In this document: piece by piece, positions 63,011 to 64,000 of the stretch
How positions within the stretch are numbered: the stretch's first letter is position 1
Layout of the letters: each line of letters starts with the position of its first letter
Source: Nitrospirota bacterium
GTDB lineage: Bacteria > Nitrospirota > UBA9217
Direction of reading: 5' to 3'
Assembly: GCA_963845065.1 (NCBI GenBank)
Contig: CAWJQQ010000006.1
Location: 224,001 to 288,000, forward strand
Length of the DNA stretch: 64,000 nt
The notes under the pieces: generated by a model
Databases searched by the model: none
The model's input: the letters and a program-made list of their open reading frames with translations, nothing else
What the model was told of the DNA's origin: nothing
Position numbers and translations under genes: made by a program

Positions 63011-64000
63011 CTAGAGACCGGGAATGCGCCGGCCGGGACGACGGCTCAGCTGCTGTTGTATCTCAAGCAGCCGTTTATATTCCTGACTGTTGCCTTGTTC
63101 TTCCGCGTCCTTGAGCGCCTTCACAATTTGCTTCATTTGCTTCTCTGGGTCCTGCTGTCTAATGGCATCGATGCAATCCTGGCAATGCTTCTCTGGATCG
63201 TCGTAATCCATCTCGAGAACGGCATAGTGTGAGAACAGCCTGTTTAATTCTTCATCGCCGTCCTGCATCAATGCCCTTAGGTCGAGCGAACCTGTTGCCT
63301 CCAGCACCTCGTAAATTCGTTCCACAGCCCTACGGAACAATGGGTCAGAAAAATCAAGGGGCTGGAGTTGCGTTTGCAGGTTTCGCGCTATGCCCTCATC
63401 CTTCAGCATGAGATGTACTAGGATTTCTTCAGCCTTCGGCCGATGCCCTCGTGAAAAAACTGCTGCCTTCTCACCCACTGTTGCTATGGCGTGCTTTCCC
63501 AGTTTCGGCATTTCCTGCCTGAGAACGGCCTCGTCGAGGTCAAGGGCCTCAGCTGTTTTTTTTAGATAGTAGTCACGTTCGATGCCGCTTGAAAGCTTAG
63601 CAATGAACTCGAGCATTTTCCCGGCCTTCTCAACCTTTTCATCGATTGAGGTCGCAGGGCCCTTTGTCACAACCTGGGTAATTACAAAGTCCATGAACTT
63701 TTCGGACTGGCGCAGGCGCTCTGCAAATACCTCCGGACCATGTTTTTGCAGAAACGTATCCGGATCGTCATTGTCCGGAAGCGAAACCACGTTCACTTTC
63801 ATCCCGCTCGATACGAAAAGGTCAAAACCCCGGAGCGATGCCTTTACGCCCGCCGGATCAGGATCAAATATCAGCACAAGCTTGTCTGCAAACCTTCGTA
63901 TGAGCCGCAGATGCCCTTCGGTCAGTGCCGTGCCCAGCGTAGCTACTGCGTTTCGCACCCCGAACTGGTGGCAGGCAATCGCATCGAGGTATCCCTCGAC
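63011..64000 (-). CDS. dnaG: DNA primase (3' part; 5' end outside window)
   Basis: VEGYLDAI...VATLGTALT...FDPDPAG...DPD TOPRIM motifs; upstream of rpoD. Confidence 0.95.
   Translation of the reverse strand, partial: VEGYLDAIACHQFGVRNAVATLGTALTEGHLRLIRRFADKLVLIFDPDPAGVKASLRGFDLFVSSGMKVNVVSLPDNDDPDTFLQKHGPEVFAERLRQSEKFMDFVITQVVTKGPATSIDEKVEKAGKMLEFIAKLSSGIERDYYLKKTAEALDLDEAVLRQEMPKLGKHAIATVGEKAAVFSRGHRPKAEEILVHLMLKDEGIARNLQTQLQPLDFSDPLFRRAVERIYEVLEATGSLDLRALMQDGDEELNRLFSHYAVLEMDYDDPEKHCQDCIDAIRQQDPEKQMKQIVKALKDAEEQGNSQEYKRLLEIQQQLSRRPGRRIPGL

Noticed and set aside
1..64000. CRISPR array, rRNA or prophage
   Set aside because: No regularly spaced repeats, rRNA signatures, cas genes, integrase or phage structural genes were seen.

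Overview
A 64-kb bacterial chromosomal window. Gene content (AcsE-like methyltransferase, RACo corrinoid activator, split ADP-forming acyl-CoA synthetase, TrpB2) suggests an anaerobe of Nitrospirota/Desulfobacterota type; this is inference, not a database result. The left part (1-27 kb) is mixed metabolic and accessory DNA containing a speD-speE-decarboxylase polyamine operon, an Ig-repeat lipoprotein and several pseudogenes (thiF/moeB, a two-CW paralogue, a tnpB remnant, an NmrA-like gene). The middle (27.1-45.9 kb, minus strand) is a complete dcw cluster from mraZ to ftsZ, with MraZ-binding repeats and an atypical STAS gene between mraZ and rsmH. The right part has prfC, an IS200-type element inserted precisely into a DUF4442 gene, a Crp/Fnr regulator, trpB2, an HD-GYP pseudogene, a radical SAM/SPASM gene, mutY-like, smr, RNase P RNA, rnhA, tRNA-Ile2(CAT) with an upstream duplicate of its 3' half, rpoD and partial dnaG. 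Best leads: the structured speD leader (candidate new cis-regulatory RNA or uORF), the STAS gene in the dcw operon, repeated leaderless-mRNA architecture, a possible second FtsZ start, the scarlessly excisable IS200 and the reversed tRNA att-like repeat. No CRISPR array or rRNA was seen.
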